From Naegleria gruberi (taxonomy: Eukaryota), in NCBI GenBank assembly GCA_000004985.1, contig GG738913.1: a stretch of DNA of 64,000 bases; one strand, written 5' to 3'. The translations under genes were made by a program, and so were the position numbers. The notes under the pieces were generated by a model. It searched no databases. It was not told where the DNA came from and worked only from the letters and a program-made list of their open reading frames with translations. Shown here in pieces: positions 42,585 to 54,814 of the stretch; position 1 is the first letter of the stretch; each line of letters starts with the position of its first letter.

Positions 42585-44673
42585 TTATTGAATGAAACAT
42601 TTCTTCTTTTCATCATCAATTTCCGAATCAAATTGTGAATCTTCATCAGCACCACCACTCTTTGATTGCTTCTTCTTCAATCTCTTTCTATATTTTTCCA
42701 TCTTTTTTTCATATTCCTCAACTTGTTTAAAGTATGAATCTGGTGGCCATTTGTTTTCAGTAACATGTTTCAGATTTTCACCTGTCAAAAGTTCCCATTC
42801 CCTTCTTGCTTTCATTGGACCATAATTTGTAGAGATGAAATGGAGACAAAAGTTGGCCAATTGATTGGCTTCATAAGTTTGAGCTAGTAATAGTAGACCT
42901 ATAATGTCAATGTCAGCTTTTTCAATTCCTTGAGCAACTGATTTGTCAATATTTTTCGAGATGAAAATTTCACACATTGAGGTCAATCCAGACATGCCAT
43001 ATTCGTTGGCCAAGCTCAACAATCCAACAGCATTTCTTTCATTGATGGTAGAGTGAGCAGAGTACAGATATTCGAATAGGGCGTGGAATTCACTTATTCT
43101 ATTCTCATTCTCACCAATTTCACCACTCAAATCTACTTGCCTTGATGAGTGCTCTACGAAATTGCCCTCAAACATTGTTCTGAATACATCACAATTAGCA
43201 GAGAGGAATAGTTTGTGTCCCTGAAAATTCTTGGAAGAATCAGTTGTGGAAAAGACAATTTCGACATCGGAGTGAGTTTTCTTATCAAAGTACTTTTTCT
43301 TAATTTCACTACCCAATAGATCATTAAGATAGGTTTCAATACTTTCATTGAACACATCTTCCTCTCCTCTCTGGTAATTACTGACTATATTGTCAGTGTA
43401 TTCACATTCAAAGATGGTAGATGCAATCTTGACCTTATTGAGAAATTGATCTTTTTTACACCTTTCCAGCATAGTTTCCGATCCTCCATAATATTGGATT
43501 TCCAATAGGGATTTGAAAGCCCTATGATGAATAGTGTTGGAGAGTCTGAATTTCAATATATTCGGCTCATTCTCATCAATAGAGACAGATGAGAAACCAC
43601 TCACTCTACCTCCATTAATTTTGGCACTCAATTTTTCAAATGCTTCATGTGAATAGCTATTCATTCCAGCATCTCTACACACCAATACGTCATCGAATAA
43701 TTTTCTAATAACTTTGGAGGGAACACAAGCCAACACCAATGAATGGGCCTTAATTTCCACATCAATGTCCTTAGTGGAATTGTAAATAACAAACTTGGTA
43801 TCACAGCAAAAATCACTATCCAGAAGGTTTTTAAAACCCTTGCCATAATTTGAGCTTTCCACATAAATCCAAGGAGCTTTACCAGCTGGAGGCATTACAG
43901 GAGGAGTTGGTTCAATATCTTCAGAGTTTCCAATCACTACCTTCTTTCTTCCTTTTTTTGAAGATTTGGACTCGTCAATTGCTTGTGAAATTGCCAAATT
44001 GAAGAGTTTATCAATATTGTACATGGTTCTAGAGCTTGTAACAATGGATCCTGAAGCAGGTGAGTTCTGTACCATTTGCTCAATCATTTCCTGAGTGATT
44101 ATTGAGTCACGATCCGCATCAGAGACAAGATCACTCTTACACCCAACCAATATGATCTATTTGAATAGAAAGGGAATATTAAATGAATACATTGGTATAT
44201 GGAATGGTCAACTTACTGGAATATCAGGACAGTGATGAATCAATTCTGGAATCCATTTTGATTTGACATTTGCAAATGAAGCTCGATTGACCATTGAAAA
44301 ACTGAATCATTTTGTTAGAGAAATAACCACTGAAAAACATACCAAACAAAGAAGACATCAGTTCCTGGATATGAAAGAGGTCTCAATCTGTCATAATCTA
44401 GTCAATTGTCAAATTGTCACAATTATTAACAACAATTTCAACATACCTTCTTGACCAGCAGTATCCCACAATCCAACATTATAATTTCTATTTCCATATG
44501 TCACATTAGCACTCTTCCGAAATCAATTTAACTGTCATCAAATTACTTACGTAATTGTCAAAAACTGTTGGAACATAATCTTCGGGAAATGAATTTGTGG
44601 TGGAGGCAATCAAAAGACAACTCTTTCCGACGGCGCCATCACCAACAACTACCAATTTCAAGCTATTGTCCAT
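42585..44673 (-). CDS. RhoBTB-like protein (N-terminal Rho-family GTPase domain + two BTB/POZ domains), copy 1; multi-exon; GTPase region contains an apparent +1 frameshift and an in-frame TGA around 44290-44340
   Basis: Exon 1 (44673-44551) encodes [41 protein letters not shown], then GTAAGT. Exon 2 (44513-44447) encodes [22 protein letters not shown]. After a 49-nt intron, exon 3 encodes [18 protein letters not shown].., but continuing to ...[40 protein letters not shown] needs a frame shift and crosses a TGA. A 59-nt intron then leads into the intact 521-aa ORF ([13 protein letters not shown]...), with BTB 1 (FCCDTKFVI...[21 protein letters not shown]) and BTB 2 ([10 protein letters not shown]...[21 protein letters not shown]). 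Confidence 0.65.
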
Positions 44674-45299
44674 TATTATGTACACGTTGATGTGAGTTTG
44701 TTATTTTTTTTTGATTTTGTTTTCAAAGTACCATTGAACAAGGAACTCTTACAAAAATTTGATTAATGATTACTTTATTCAGATTTAAGATCATAATTAA
44801 AATTCAAAAACAACTTTATTAGTAGGATAGTTTGTAAACTTCAATTTCTTCAACTTTGCATTTCAACAATCTATAAAAAAAATAGTCAACATTCTTCTAC
44901 TCTAGGAGGACATGATGATTTTCGGAGTGGTTTTACATCATGAAACTACCAAACTTTCACAGCATCATCTCAACATCATCTAAATAGTAGTAATAGTAAT
45001 AATTGTTTTTGGTGGATTATCATCATCATTTTGGAATTTATTTTTCATGATGGAAAATCACACGTTGATGTTTAATCATCCGATCATTCACCTACCATCA
45101 TCAATGTTGTTTTACATTAAAATANNNNNNNNNNNNNNNNNNNNNNNNNNNNNNNNNNNNNNNNNNNNNNNNNNNNNNNNNNNNNNNNNNNNNNNNNNNN
45201 NNNNNNNNNNNNNNNNNNNNNNNNNNNNNNNNNNNNNNNNNNNNNNNNNNNNNNNNNNNNNNNNNNNNNNNNNNNNNNNNNNNNNNNNNNNNNNNNNNN

Positions 45300-46053
45300 C
45301 ATCATTCTGTTTTATGCTTCTCCAATAGGAAAATGGTGGAGTGATAGGGTTTTTATGATTGAGGCATTGAAGAGTGATGTATGTTTAATAAGAAACTGTT
45401 CTGAGGAAATACGGACTGATAGAGAAATTATTGACATGATTATTGACATAGATGCAGCAAGTTCTTTTCAATATATTGGAAAATTCAAGGAAGATGAAGA
45501 TATTGTGAAAAAGGCACTATTTAAATCAAACTTCACGATTCTACATTATATCAATAGTGATTTTCTGCTTAATAATAGAGAACTAGTTCTCACAATATTG
45601 AAAAGTAACGGAAAGTATATTAACGAAATGCCAGAGGCAATCCAAAAGGATAGAGAATGCTTTTTCCTAGCTGCAAGAACGCCTTATTTTACATCCAAAG
45701 TTCAATCTCTTTACAAAATAATAGAGAGTGACAGAGAGGATTTCAAATCAATTCTGCAATTTAATCCGGACCTTTTGGAGAAGACCATTTTCAAAGACGA
45801 CAGAGAGCTTCTTAAAGAGGCTCTTTCACACTGTGGATTTTGTCTCAGATTTGCAAGTGAAGAATTCAAGGCAGATAAGGAACTTGTTTTGACAGCCGTA
45901 ACAAAAAATGGATCTGCCCTTATGTATGCCTCTCCAAAACTCAAAGATTGTGAAGAGATTGTCTTGGCAGCTGTAACGAATGATGGAAAAGCAATTCGAT
46001 TTGCTTCAAAGAGATTATCGAATCAGAAAACTCTAAATTGTAATATTTATTAA
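45300..46053 (+). CDS. DUF4116-like repeat protein, 5' end in gap (45125-45299)
   Basis: ORF is open from the gap edge (...KWWSDRVFMIEALKSDVCLIRNCSEEIRTDREIIDMI...). It contains tandem ~36-aa repeats of the form AL..AS..LK.D+ELVL.AV..NG.AL.YAS (LKEALSHCGFCLRFASEEFKADKELVLTAVTKNGSALMYASPKLKDCEEIVLAAVTNDGKAIRFASKRL). Confidence 0.6.
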
Positions 46054-46679
46054 CGTCTCTGGTCTACAATGAGTATACACATTTTGGCGATCGACGATTG
46101 GCGAAAATTGCCACTTGAATTTTACGAATAGTTTCATTCGCTTAATGAAATTGGAGATCTCCAGATGAAAATTGCGATTGGTTTTTTGAAAAAGACCAAA
46201 ATTCCAACATATGTGGGATATTTGTTATTAAAATTACAAAGAAATTCTTTTAGAAGAGTCAACACCATATTTTCTAGCATCTACATAATCCTTTGGATCT
46301 TGTGAATATCTCAGTATCACAAATGGAATCACTCTCACAGTAGCCATTCCAATAATTCACTTCATCAAGTACATCATACCTCTGTTGATTCTTGGTGTAA
46401 TTTCACATCTATTAACTCCAAGAATTTCACCACATCATCTCATCATGATTTAAATAATTTTATATTGCCACTAAAATCAGATTCACATGATAATTTGGAA
46501 AACTTTCAATCTAGTATTGTTCAGCATGGTCGATCCCATCAGATAAAATCACTTCCGAATATTTTCCTATTGGTTATCATGATGATAGGTACATGTATTC
46601 CATATCATAAACATTCGGAATGAATTCAACATCTTTTCCCTTAAAACCAGCTAATCTTCATTAAGGAACCTTAAAAAAA

Positions 46680-47748
46680 ATGAGATTCGTCAGAGAGCGT
46701 CTTGAAGTCGTTACCTGTTACATTCCTTTCAGTGGTGAGGCGGTTGGTGATAACACTTCTCAAACTTTCCAGAAGACTCCTGGTAAGAACCATTATCCAT
46801 CCAATGCTTGCTTTAACGTTTTTTGGTATCAACAACCAACATGGACACCACCTATCTGCAAGTATCTAATAGAATATTATGATACTCTCAAATCATTACC
46901 AAGTGCTTCGGAAGGTACTAGTGCTGTTGTTAGATTAAGTTCCACAAGAAAAACTGGTAACAACGCTTTTATTAGAAGTTCAGGCTCTGGATTTTACATT
47001 CTTCCCAACACAATTATTACAAATAGTCATGTTGAAGCTGAACTTGAGAGAATTGGTGGTAAAATAACTGCATTCAGCAATGCATGGAACAATAGCAATT
47101 CAACAATTTTGCCTACCAGGATCAGAACCTTGCATTCTGGGAAAACTATCAAAGATTCCCAATTGGGTAATTTATTTCCGGTCACTTATAGTTGGGTTGG
47201 AAGAGATCCTATCACTACCAAAGTAGGAGACTTTGATTACTTTGATGTCACCGCAATGGACTTTACTACTGGTTCTCTTGGTAATAAGGTTTTTTTCATT
47301 CCTTCTCCAAGAATTTTGCAACCTAATGATGAAATTATTTCTCTTTCTTATCCAGGAGACAAGCATCAACAACCTCCTTATTCTAGTAGCCTTACTTATG
47401 TTGATTGGGCTCCAAGTGAATCCTTTTTGAAGGACAATATCTTTAATGGCTACGGAAAGTTATGTGCAAGTGTTGGGACGATTATGCACCCATACAAATT
47501 GTCAGAAAATGGATTTGTAGAAAAAGATGAAAACTTTCGTTACGATTCGTCTAATCAAGAATGTTTGGCAAGCTCTGAATGCTTAATATATGGAAGTTCT
47601 GGTGGTGTTATGATTTCAAAATTCTCACAAGTGTATCAAATTGGAGAGTATACATTAGTTGAGTTTAATGCTATCCACACTGGTGGAGAGTTTGTTCGAT
47701 GTTCAGATTGTTTGAAAGAAAGTTCATCTGCTTACATANNNNNNNNNN
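46680..47748 (+). CDS. trypsin-like (chymotrypsin-fold, Trypsin_2/DegP-type) serine peptidase domain protein, copy 1; 3' end runs into gap at 47749
   Basis: GTSAVVRLSSTRKTGNNAFIRSSGSGFYILPNTIITNSHV (His motif G.G...TN.HV). LIYGSSGGVMI (Ser motif G.SGG). A 60-bp upstream region plus the first ~480 bp are duplicated at 54750-55300. Confidence 0.6.
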
Positions 47749-47829
47749 NNNNNNNNNNNNNNNNNNNNNNNNNNNNNNNNNNNNNNNNTTCTATATCATT
47801 ATAGATCATGTACATCAGGTTGGTAAAGT

Positions 47830-48360
47830 TTCAATAAGTGGTCCTTTTTCAAGATTTCATCCTATTCGTCATAGTTGAAGAAGTGTGATTGAGGGAAGAA
47901 ATCTTTAAATATGAAAGTTAAAATAAATTTGATGTTCGATGTATACTCACCAAATGGAACATTTTCATGTCAGGATTCAATATGTTTTGATGAGAAACTC
48001 AAAAGTTATAGTTGACCTATTTTACTTCACAACTTCCCTTTTCACTTCATACTTTTATATCTACAGACTTGAACTTTTGAAATTTCATATGAAAGTGATT
48101 ATAAATGTTGTTAATGGTGATATAGACTATATAATCTCATTAAAGGATTTTGAAATTATCATTCTTCCTATAGTTTCATTTATGAAATTTTAATCTGACA
48201 TTATTTACAAAGTTAATATTTTATAAATTGAAAAACTAAATATACCACGTTGTTCTACTCATCATTTCCTATCGAATGATATAAAATTTAATGATATTTG
48301 AATAAGTTTATAATTTTGGGCTAGGGTTTGAAGGTTGGGTTTAGAATAATTCTATTTTTA
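47830..48360. repeat. telomere-associated sequence (TAS) copy 1, ~530 bp, immediately proximal to the (GGGTTT)n array
   Basis: Near-identical to 63160-63720 (catcaggttggtaaagtttcaataagtggtcctttttcaagatttcatcct ... gggctagggtttgaaggttgggtttagaa). Both copies are directly followed by GGGTTT hexamers. Confidence 0.85.
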
Positions 48361-48771
48361 GAATTGGGTTTGGGTTTGGGTTTGGGTTTGGGTTTGGGTT
48401 TGGGTTTGGGTTTGGGTTTGGGTTTGGGTTTGGGTTTGGGTTTGGGTTTGGGTTTGGGTTTGGGTTTGGGTTTGGGTTTGGGTTTGGGTTTGGGTTTGGG
48501 TTTGGGTTTGGGTTTGGGTTTGGGTTTGGGTTTGGGTTTGGGTTTGGGTTTGGGTTTGGGTTTGGGTTTGGGTTTGGGTTTGGGTTTGGGTTTGGGTTTG
48601 GGTTTGGGTTTGGGTTTGGGTTTGGGTTTGGGTTTGGGTTTGGGTTTGGGTTTGGGTTTGGGTTTGGGTTTGGGTTTGGGTTTGGGTTTGGGTTTGGGTT
48701 TGGGTTTGGGTTTGGGTTTGGGTTTGGGTTTGGGTTTGGCCCTGGGTTTGGGTTTGGGTTTGGGTTTGGGT
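48361..48771 (+). repeat. internal array of ~68 telomere-like hexamers (GGGTTT)n, G-rich strand on +, ending in an N-gap; one variant unit (GGCCCT) near 48739
   Basis: Perfect tandem GGGTTT from 48361 to 48771, then 50 N. Translation as GLGL.../PKPK... in the ORF track is an artefact. Confidence 0.9.
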
Positions 48772-48821
48772 NNNNNNNNNNNNNNNNNNNNNNNNNNNNN
48801 NNNNNNNNNNNNNNNNNNNNN

Positions 48822-50031
48822 ATATTTATTCACAGTGCCAAGTATCATCAAAGAATATTTCAAAAATAGTGAATTTAGATTTGAAGAAGAAATTAGTATT
48901 ACAAAATCAACATTTGAAACTGAAACAATGCTCTTAACGCTTGTACCTTATTCGAAATTGAATGAATTTGATTTGAATTCATGTACCAAAGTAATGGTTG
49001 TTGGTTTTTTAGTTCTGACCAGTTTACAAGGTTTTATTTTCCAAATCGATAGCAAAAAGCTGCAATTTCAAAAACAGGATCCAAATACTGAAGAACAAAC
49101 TGAAAAGCATGATGAAGAGAATTCATCCAATAAGAGAAAAAGAAATAATAGCAAAGAAACAGGATCAAAGAAAAGAAAAGTTTCAACAATCACCAAAGAA
49201 ATTAATTATTCTGACAATTTGAAAGAAATACTTCAAGAATATGACATTAATGGTAAAACAGCTACGAAAATAAGAAATGATGATAAGGTAGCTCTTTATT
49301 TTAAACTTGATAGTGGGTTTTTAAAGATAGTTCACTATTTTGATAATAGTTCAGAGAATGTGAAAGGCATGCAAAGTATCAAATCCATTCAACATGACAA
49401 TATTAATCAGATTTTTCAATTCAAGAAACTCTCCATAACTATCTCACAATTAGATGAATTGTTTTTTGAAAGAATTTCACTTACAACCAAATCAGAACCA
49501 ACAATATTTGTAACATTTTCACAATTTGTTGGTGATATTATTACTTTCATTATTTACCTGAACCAAAATGATTTGAATACCAAATTATTATGTTTTATCA
49601 AGTTAATGATGGATGCTATTGAAGCAGTTAATATATTACATGAAAATAATATTATTCATTGTGATATTTCAATTAGAAATGTTGGCATGTTATTTACAAA
49701 ACCTGTCATGACATCATATGCCAAAGAAAAAAGCTCAATATTGGAAGCATTGCCAAATGTTTCAAACTTTAATTTCATTTTGATTGATTTCAATCATTGT
49801 AAAGTGGAAGGACAAGAACAAGCTAAATGGAACATTTTTCCAGAATGTANNNNNNNNNNNNNNNNNNNNNNNNNNNNNNNNNNNNNNNNNNNNNNNNNNA
49901 ATTTTGATGTGATTATTCAATTGTTGAAGGATGTTATTGAGAATGAGGGTAAATCTGACATTTGCAATTTCACCAAAACGTTCAATTTACTATATGAAAA
50001 TGTCATTCAACCAATTAAGAATAAAAACTAG
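48822..50031 (+). CDS. protein-kinase-like protein, copy 2 (paralogue of 40830-42511); 5' end in gap 48772-48821; internal gap 49850-49899
   Basis: ~90% nucleotide identity to copy 1 from the shared YPQAKSNIQEYFKNSEF/IIKEYFKNSEF region onward. Reads as one continuous ORF through the region that is intron/frameshift in copy 1 (...TKSEPTIFVTFSQFVGDIITFIIYLNQNDLNTKLLCFIK...). Confidence 0.6.
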
Positions 50032-50057
50032 TAAAGTTTACATCATTGTTTGAATAT

Positions 50058-51022
50058 TTATTGAATGAAACATTTCTTCTTTTCATCATCAATTTCCGAA
50101 TCAAATTGTGAATCTTCATCAGCACCTCCACTCTTTGATTGCTTCTTCTTCAATCTCTTTCTATATTTTTCCATCTTTTTTTCATATTCCTCAACTTGTT
50201 TAAAGTATGAATCTGGTGGCCATTTGTTTTCAGTAACATGTTTCAGATTTTCACCTGTTAAAAGTTCCCATTCCCTTCTTGCTTTCATTGGACCATAATT
50301 TGTAGATATGAAATGGAGACAAAAGTTGGCCAATTGATTGGCTTCATAAGTTTGAGCTAGTAACAGTAGACCTATAATGTCAATGTCAGCTTTTTCAATT
50401 CCTTGAGCTACTGATTTGTCAATATTTTTCGAGATGAAAATTTCACACATTGAGGTCAATCCAGACATGCCATATTCGTTGGCCAAGCTCAACAATCCAA
50501 CAGCATTTCTTTCATTGATGGTAGAGTGAGCAGAGTACAGATATTCGAATAGGGCATGGAATTCACTTATTCTATTCTCATTCTCACCAATTTCACCACT
50601 CAAATCTACTTGCCTTGATGAGTGCTCTACGAAATTGCCCTCAAACATTGTTCTGAATACATCACAATTAGCAGAGAGGAATAGTTTGTGTCCCTGAAAA
50701 TTCTTGGAAGAATCAGTCGTGGAAAAGACAATTTCGACATCGGAGTGAGTTTTCTTATCAAAGTACTTTTTCTTAATTTCACTACCCAATAGATCATTAA
50801 GATAGGTTTCAATACTTTCATTGAACACATCTTCCTCTCCTCTCTGGTAATTACTGACTATATTGTCAGTGTATTCACATTCAAAGATGGTAGATGCAAT
50901 CTTGACCTTATTGAGAAATTGATCTTTTTTACACCTTTCCAGCATAGTTTCCGATCCTCCATAATATTGGATTTCCAATAGGGATTTGAAAGCCCTATGA
51001 TGAATAGTGTTGGAGAGTCTGA
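50058..51022 (-). CDS. RhoBTB-like protein copy 2, C-terminal (BTB) portion only visible; remainder in the 2.8-kb gap 51023-53849
   Basis: ~98% identical to 42585-43555, including BTB domain 2 and the C-terminal acidic tail (...[30 protein letters not shown]). ORFs extending into X runs are gap artefacts. Confidence 0.6.
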
Positions 51023-54013
51023 NNNNNNNNNNNNNNNNNNNNNNNNNNNNNNNNNNNNNNNNNNNNNNNNNNNNNNNNNNNNNNNNNNNNNNNNNNNNNN
51101 NNNNNNNNNNNNNNNNNNNNNNNNNNNNNNNNNNNNNNNNNNNNNNNNNNNNNNNNNNNNNNNNNNNNNNNNNNNNNNNNNNNNNNNNNNNNNNNNNNNN
51201 NNNNNNNNNNNNNNNNNNNNNNNNNNNNNNNNNNNNNNNNNNNNNNNNNNNNNNNNNNNNNNNNNNNNNNNNNNNNNNNNNNNNNNNNNNNNNNNNNNNN
51301 NNNNNNNNNNNNNNNNNNNNNNNNNNNNNNNNNNNNNNNNNNNNNNNNNNNNNNNNNNNNNNNNNNNNNNNNNNNNNNNNNNNNNNNNNNNNNNNNNNNN
51401 NNNNNNNNNNNNNNNNNNNNNNNNNNNNNNNNNNNNNNNNNNNNNNNNNNNNNNNNNNNNNNNNNNNNNNNNNNNNNNNNNNNNNNNNNNNNNNNNNNNN
51501 NNNNNNNNNNNNNNNNNNNNNNNNNNNNNNNNNNNNNNNNNNNNNNNNNNNNNNNNNNNNNNNNNNNNNNNNNNNNNNNNNNNNNNNNNNNNNNNNNNNN
51601 NNNNNNNNNNNNNNNNNNNNNNNNNNNNNNNNNNNNNNNNNNNNNNNNNNNNNNNNNNNNNNNNNNNNNNNNNNNNNNNNNNNNNNNNNNNNNNNNNNNN
51701 NNNNNNNNNNNNNNNNNNNNNNNNNNNNNNNNNNNNNNNNNNNNNNNNNNNNNNNNNNNNNNNNNNNNNNNNNNNNNNNNNNNNNNNNNNNNNNNNNNNN
51801 NNNNNNNNNNNNNNNNNNNNNNNNNNNNNNNNNNNNNNNNNNNNNNNNNNNNNNNNNNNNNNNNNNNNNNNNNNNNNNNNNNNNNNNNNNNNNNNNNNNN
51901 NNNNNNNNNNNNNNNNNNNNNNNNNNNNNNNNNNNNNNNNNNNNNNNNNNNNNNNNNNNNNNNNNNNNNNNNNNNNNNNNNNNNNNNNNNNNNNNNNNNN
52001 NNNNNNNNNNNNNNNNNNNNNNNNNNNNNNNNNNNNNNNNNNNNNNNNNNNNNNNNNNNNNNNNNNNNNNNNNNNNNNNNNNNNNNNNNNNNNNNNNNNN
52101 NNNNNNNNNNNNNNNNNNNNNNNNNNNNNNNNNNNNNNNNNNNNNNNNNNNNNNNNNNNNNNNNNNNNNNNNNNNNNNNNNNNNNNNNNNNNNNNNNNNN
52201 NNNNNNNNNNNNNNNNNNNNNNNNNNNNNNNNNNNNNNNNNNNNNNNNNNNNNNNNNNNNNNNNNNNNNNNNNNNNNNNNNNNNNNNNNNNNNNNNNNNN
52301 NNNNNNNNNNNNNNNNNNNNNNNNNNNNNNNNNNNNNNNNNNNNNNNNNNNNNNNNNNNNNNNNNNNNNNNNNNNNNNNNNNNNNNNNNNNNNNNNNNNN
52401 NNNNNNNNNNNNNNNNNNNNNNNNNNNNNNNNNNNNNNNNNNNNNNNNNNNNNNNNNNNNNNNNNNNNNNNNNNNNNNNNNNNNNNNNNNNNNNNNNNNN
52501 NNNNNNNNNNNNNNNNNNNNNNNNNNNNNNNNNNNNNNNNNNNNNNNNNNNNNNNNNNNNNNNNNNNNNNNNNNNNNNNNNNNNNNNNNNNNNNNNNNNN
52601 NNNNNNNNNNNNNNNNNNNNNNNNNNNNNNNNNNNNNNNNNNNNNNNNNNNNNNNNNNNNNNNNNNNNNNNNNNNNNNNNNNNNNNNNNNNNNNNNNNNN
52701 NNNNNNNNNNNNNNNNNNNNNNNNNNNNNNNNNNNNNNNNNNNNNNNNNNNNNNNNNNNNNNNNNNNNNNNNNNNNNNNNNNNNNNNNNNNNNNNNNNNN
52801 NNNNNNNNNNNNNNNNNNNNNNNNNNNNNNNNNNNNNNNNNNNNNNNNNNNNNNNNNNNNNNNNNNNNNNNNNNNNNNNNNNNNNNNNNNNNNNNNNNNN
52901 NNNNNNNNNNNNNNNNNNNNNNNNNNNNNNNNNNNNNNNNNNNNNNNNNNNNNNNNNNNNNNNNNNNNNNNNNNNNNNNNNNNNNNNNNNNNNNNNNNNN
53001 NNNNNNNNNNNNNNNNNNNNNNNNNNNNNNNNNNNNNNNNNNNNNNNNNNNNNNNNNNNNNNNNNNNNNNNNNNNNNNNNNNNNNNNNNNNNNNNNNNNN
53101 NNNNNNNNNNNNNNNNNNNNNNNNNNNNNNNNNNNNNNNNNNNNNNNNNNNNNNNNNNNNNNNNNNNNNNNNNNNNNNNNNNNNNNNNNNNNNNNNNNNN
53201 NNNNNNNNNNNNNNNNNNNNNNNNNNNNNNNNNNNNNNNNNNNNNNNNNNNNNNNNNNNNNNNNNNNNNNNNNNNNNNNNNNNNNNNNNNNNNNNNNNNN
53301 NNNNNNNNNNNNNNNNNNNNNNNNNNNNNNNNNNNNNNNNNNNNNNNNNNNNNNNNNNNNNNNNNNNNNNNNNNNNNNNNNNNNNNNNNNNNNNNNNNNN
53401 NNNNNNNNNNNNNNNNNNNNNNNNNNNNNNNNNNNNNNNNNNNNNNNNNNNNNNNNNNNNNNNNNNNNNNNNNNNNNNNNNNNNNNNNNNNNNNNNNNNN
53501 NNNNNNNNNNNNNNNNNNNNNNNNNNNNNNNNNNNNNNNNNNNNNNNNNNNNNNNNNNNNNNNNNNNNNNNNNNNNNNNNNNNNNNNNNNNNNNNNNNNN
53601 NNNNNNNNNNNNNNNNNNNNNNNNNNNNNNNNNNNNNNNNNNNNNNNNNNNNNNNNNNNNNNNNNNNNNNNNNNNNNNNNNNNNNNNNNNNNNNNNNNNN
53701 NNNNNNNNNNNNNNNNNNNNNNNNNNNNNNNNNNNNNNNNNNNNNNNNNNNNNNNNNNNNNNNNNNNNNNNNNNNNNNNNNNNNNNNNNNNNNNNNNNNN
53801 NNNNNNNNNNNNNNNNNNNNNNNNNNNNNNNNNNNNNNNNNNNNNNNNNACAGAGGATTTGACTGGGTTTCAATACAAGGTATGTTGAATACTAATCAAT
53901 GGACTCAATTTGAATTCATTGGACAGTTTACCTTTCTATATGTTTACTCATCTTTGAAAATGCGAACCACCTTTTTGTTCCAATATTTATTATTTTGATC
54001 ATTGGAAAGAAGT

Positions 54014-54699
54014 TTAATTTAACACCTTTCCAATAAACCTTCCTAAATCTCTCAATTCTTCCTCATTGGAAGAATGTCCCATTCCTTTATAAGTGTGAAA
54101 TTCAACATGCTCTGAACCTCCTTCTTGATTCAACACTTGATTGACCAAATAATCCTTACTAGAAACTCCATATTTGTATTCCAGAACATTATCAGCATCT
54201 CCGTGAGCTATGAAAATTGGAGTTTTACAATTTTTGAAATCAAATTCTGGATTTTGTAAAAGAGATTGTAATTGTGTACGAAGAGGAAGCCAGGAAGATA
54301 AGATTGCAATTCCTCCAAGTTTGTATTTGCAAGTTAATCCATAATAGAATGCAACTATTCAAGATTTTCAATTAAGTTTACAATAATTATTTACGCTAAG
54401 GTTTAAAATTTTAAAATATTGAACTACTCACCACTTCCTCCTTGAGAAAATCCAGAAATTATAATCCTGCTAGGATCAACTCCAAATTCATTAATTTCTC
54501 TATCAATTAATTGAGTAATCTTTTCAAAACATGCTTCCATACTTGGAACATCTTCATTGACATCTGGACCTTCAACAGCAAGACTTTTGACATTGTACCA
54601 TGATTTAAAACTCATTCCAAATCCAAGAGAAATAGGTTGTGAAGGAGCATTAGGAACTAGAAATTTCAATTTCTTGAATTTTTCATCCGAAAGAAATCT
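54014..54699 (-). CDS. acyl-protein thioesterase / lysophospholipase-like alpha/beta hydrolase (Abhydrolase_2 family), 5' end in gap 54700-54749; intron 54355-54430 (76 nt)
   Basis: Upstream exon: ...LKFLVPNAPSQPISLGFGMSFKSWYNVKSL...GVDPSRIIISGFSQGGS (nucleophile elbow G-F-S-Q-G-G), then G|GTGAGT. Last exon (54354-54014): VAFYYGLTCKYKLGGIAILSSWLPLRTQ...PIFIAHGDADNVLEYKYG...HTYKGMGHSSNEEELRDLGRFIGKVLN* (catalytic Asp and His). Colinear with the APT1/LYPLA1 family. Confidence 0.75.
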
Positions 54700-54814
54700 N
54701 NNNNNNNNNNNNNNNNNNNNNNNNNNNNNNNNNNNNNNNNNNNNNNNNNTTCGGAATGAATTCACATCTTTTCCCTTAAAACCAGCTAATCTTCATTAAG
54801 GAACCTTAAAAAAA

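Noticed and set aside
48361-48771. CRISPR-like regular short repeats
   Set aside because: Perfect 6-bp tandem repeat without spacers, in a eukaryotic intron-containing context. This is a telomere-like satellite, not CRISPR.
48328-48863. Long ORFs encoding (GL)n on + and (PK)n on - across 48361-48771
   Set aside because: These are translations of the GGGTTT tandem repeat in two frames/strands. No start context. They continue into N-gap X runs. Not coding.
50058-53888. 1271-aa and ~960-aa ORFs consisting mostly of X
   Set aside because: Artefact of translating the 2.8-kb N-gap (51023-53849). Only the 50058-51022 portion (RhoBTB copy 2) is real sequence.
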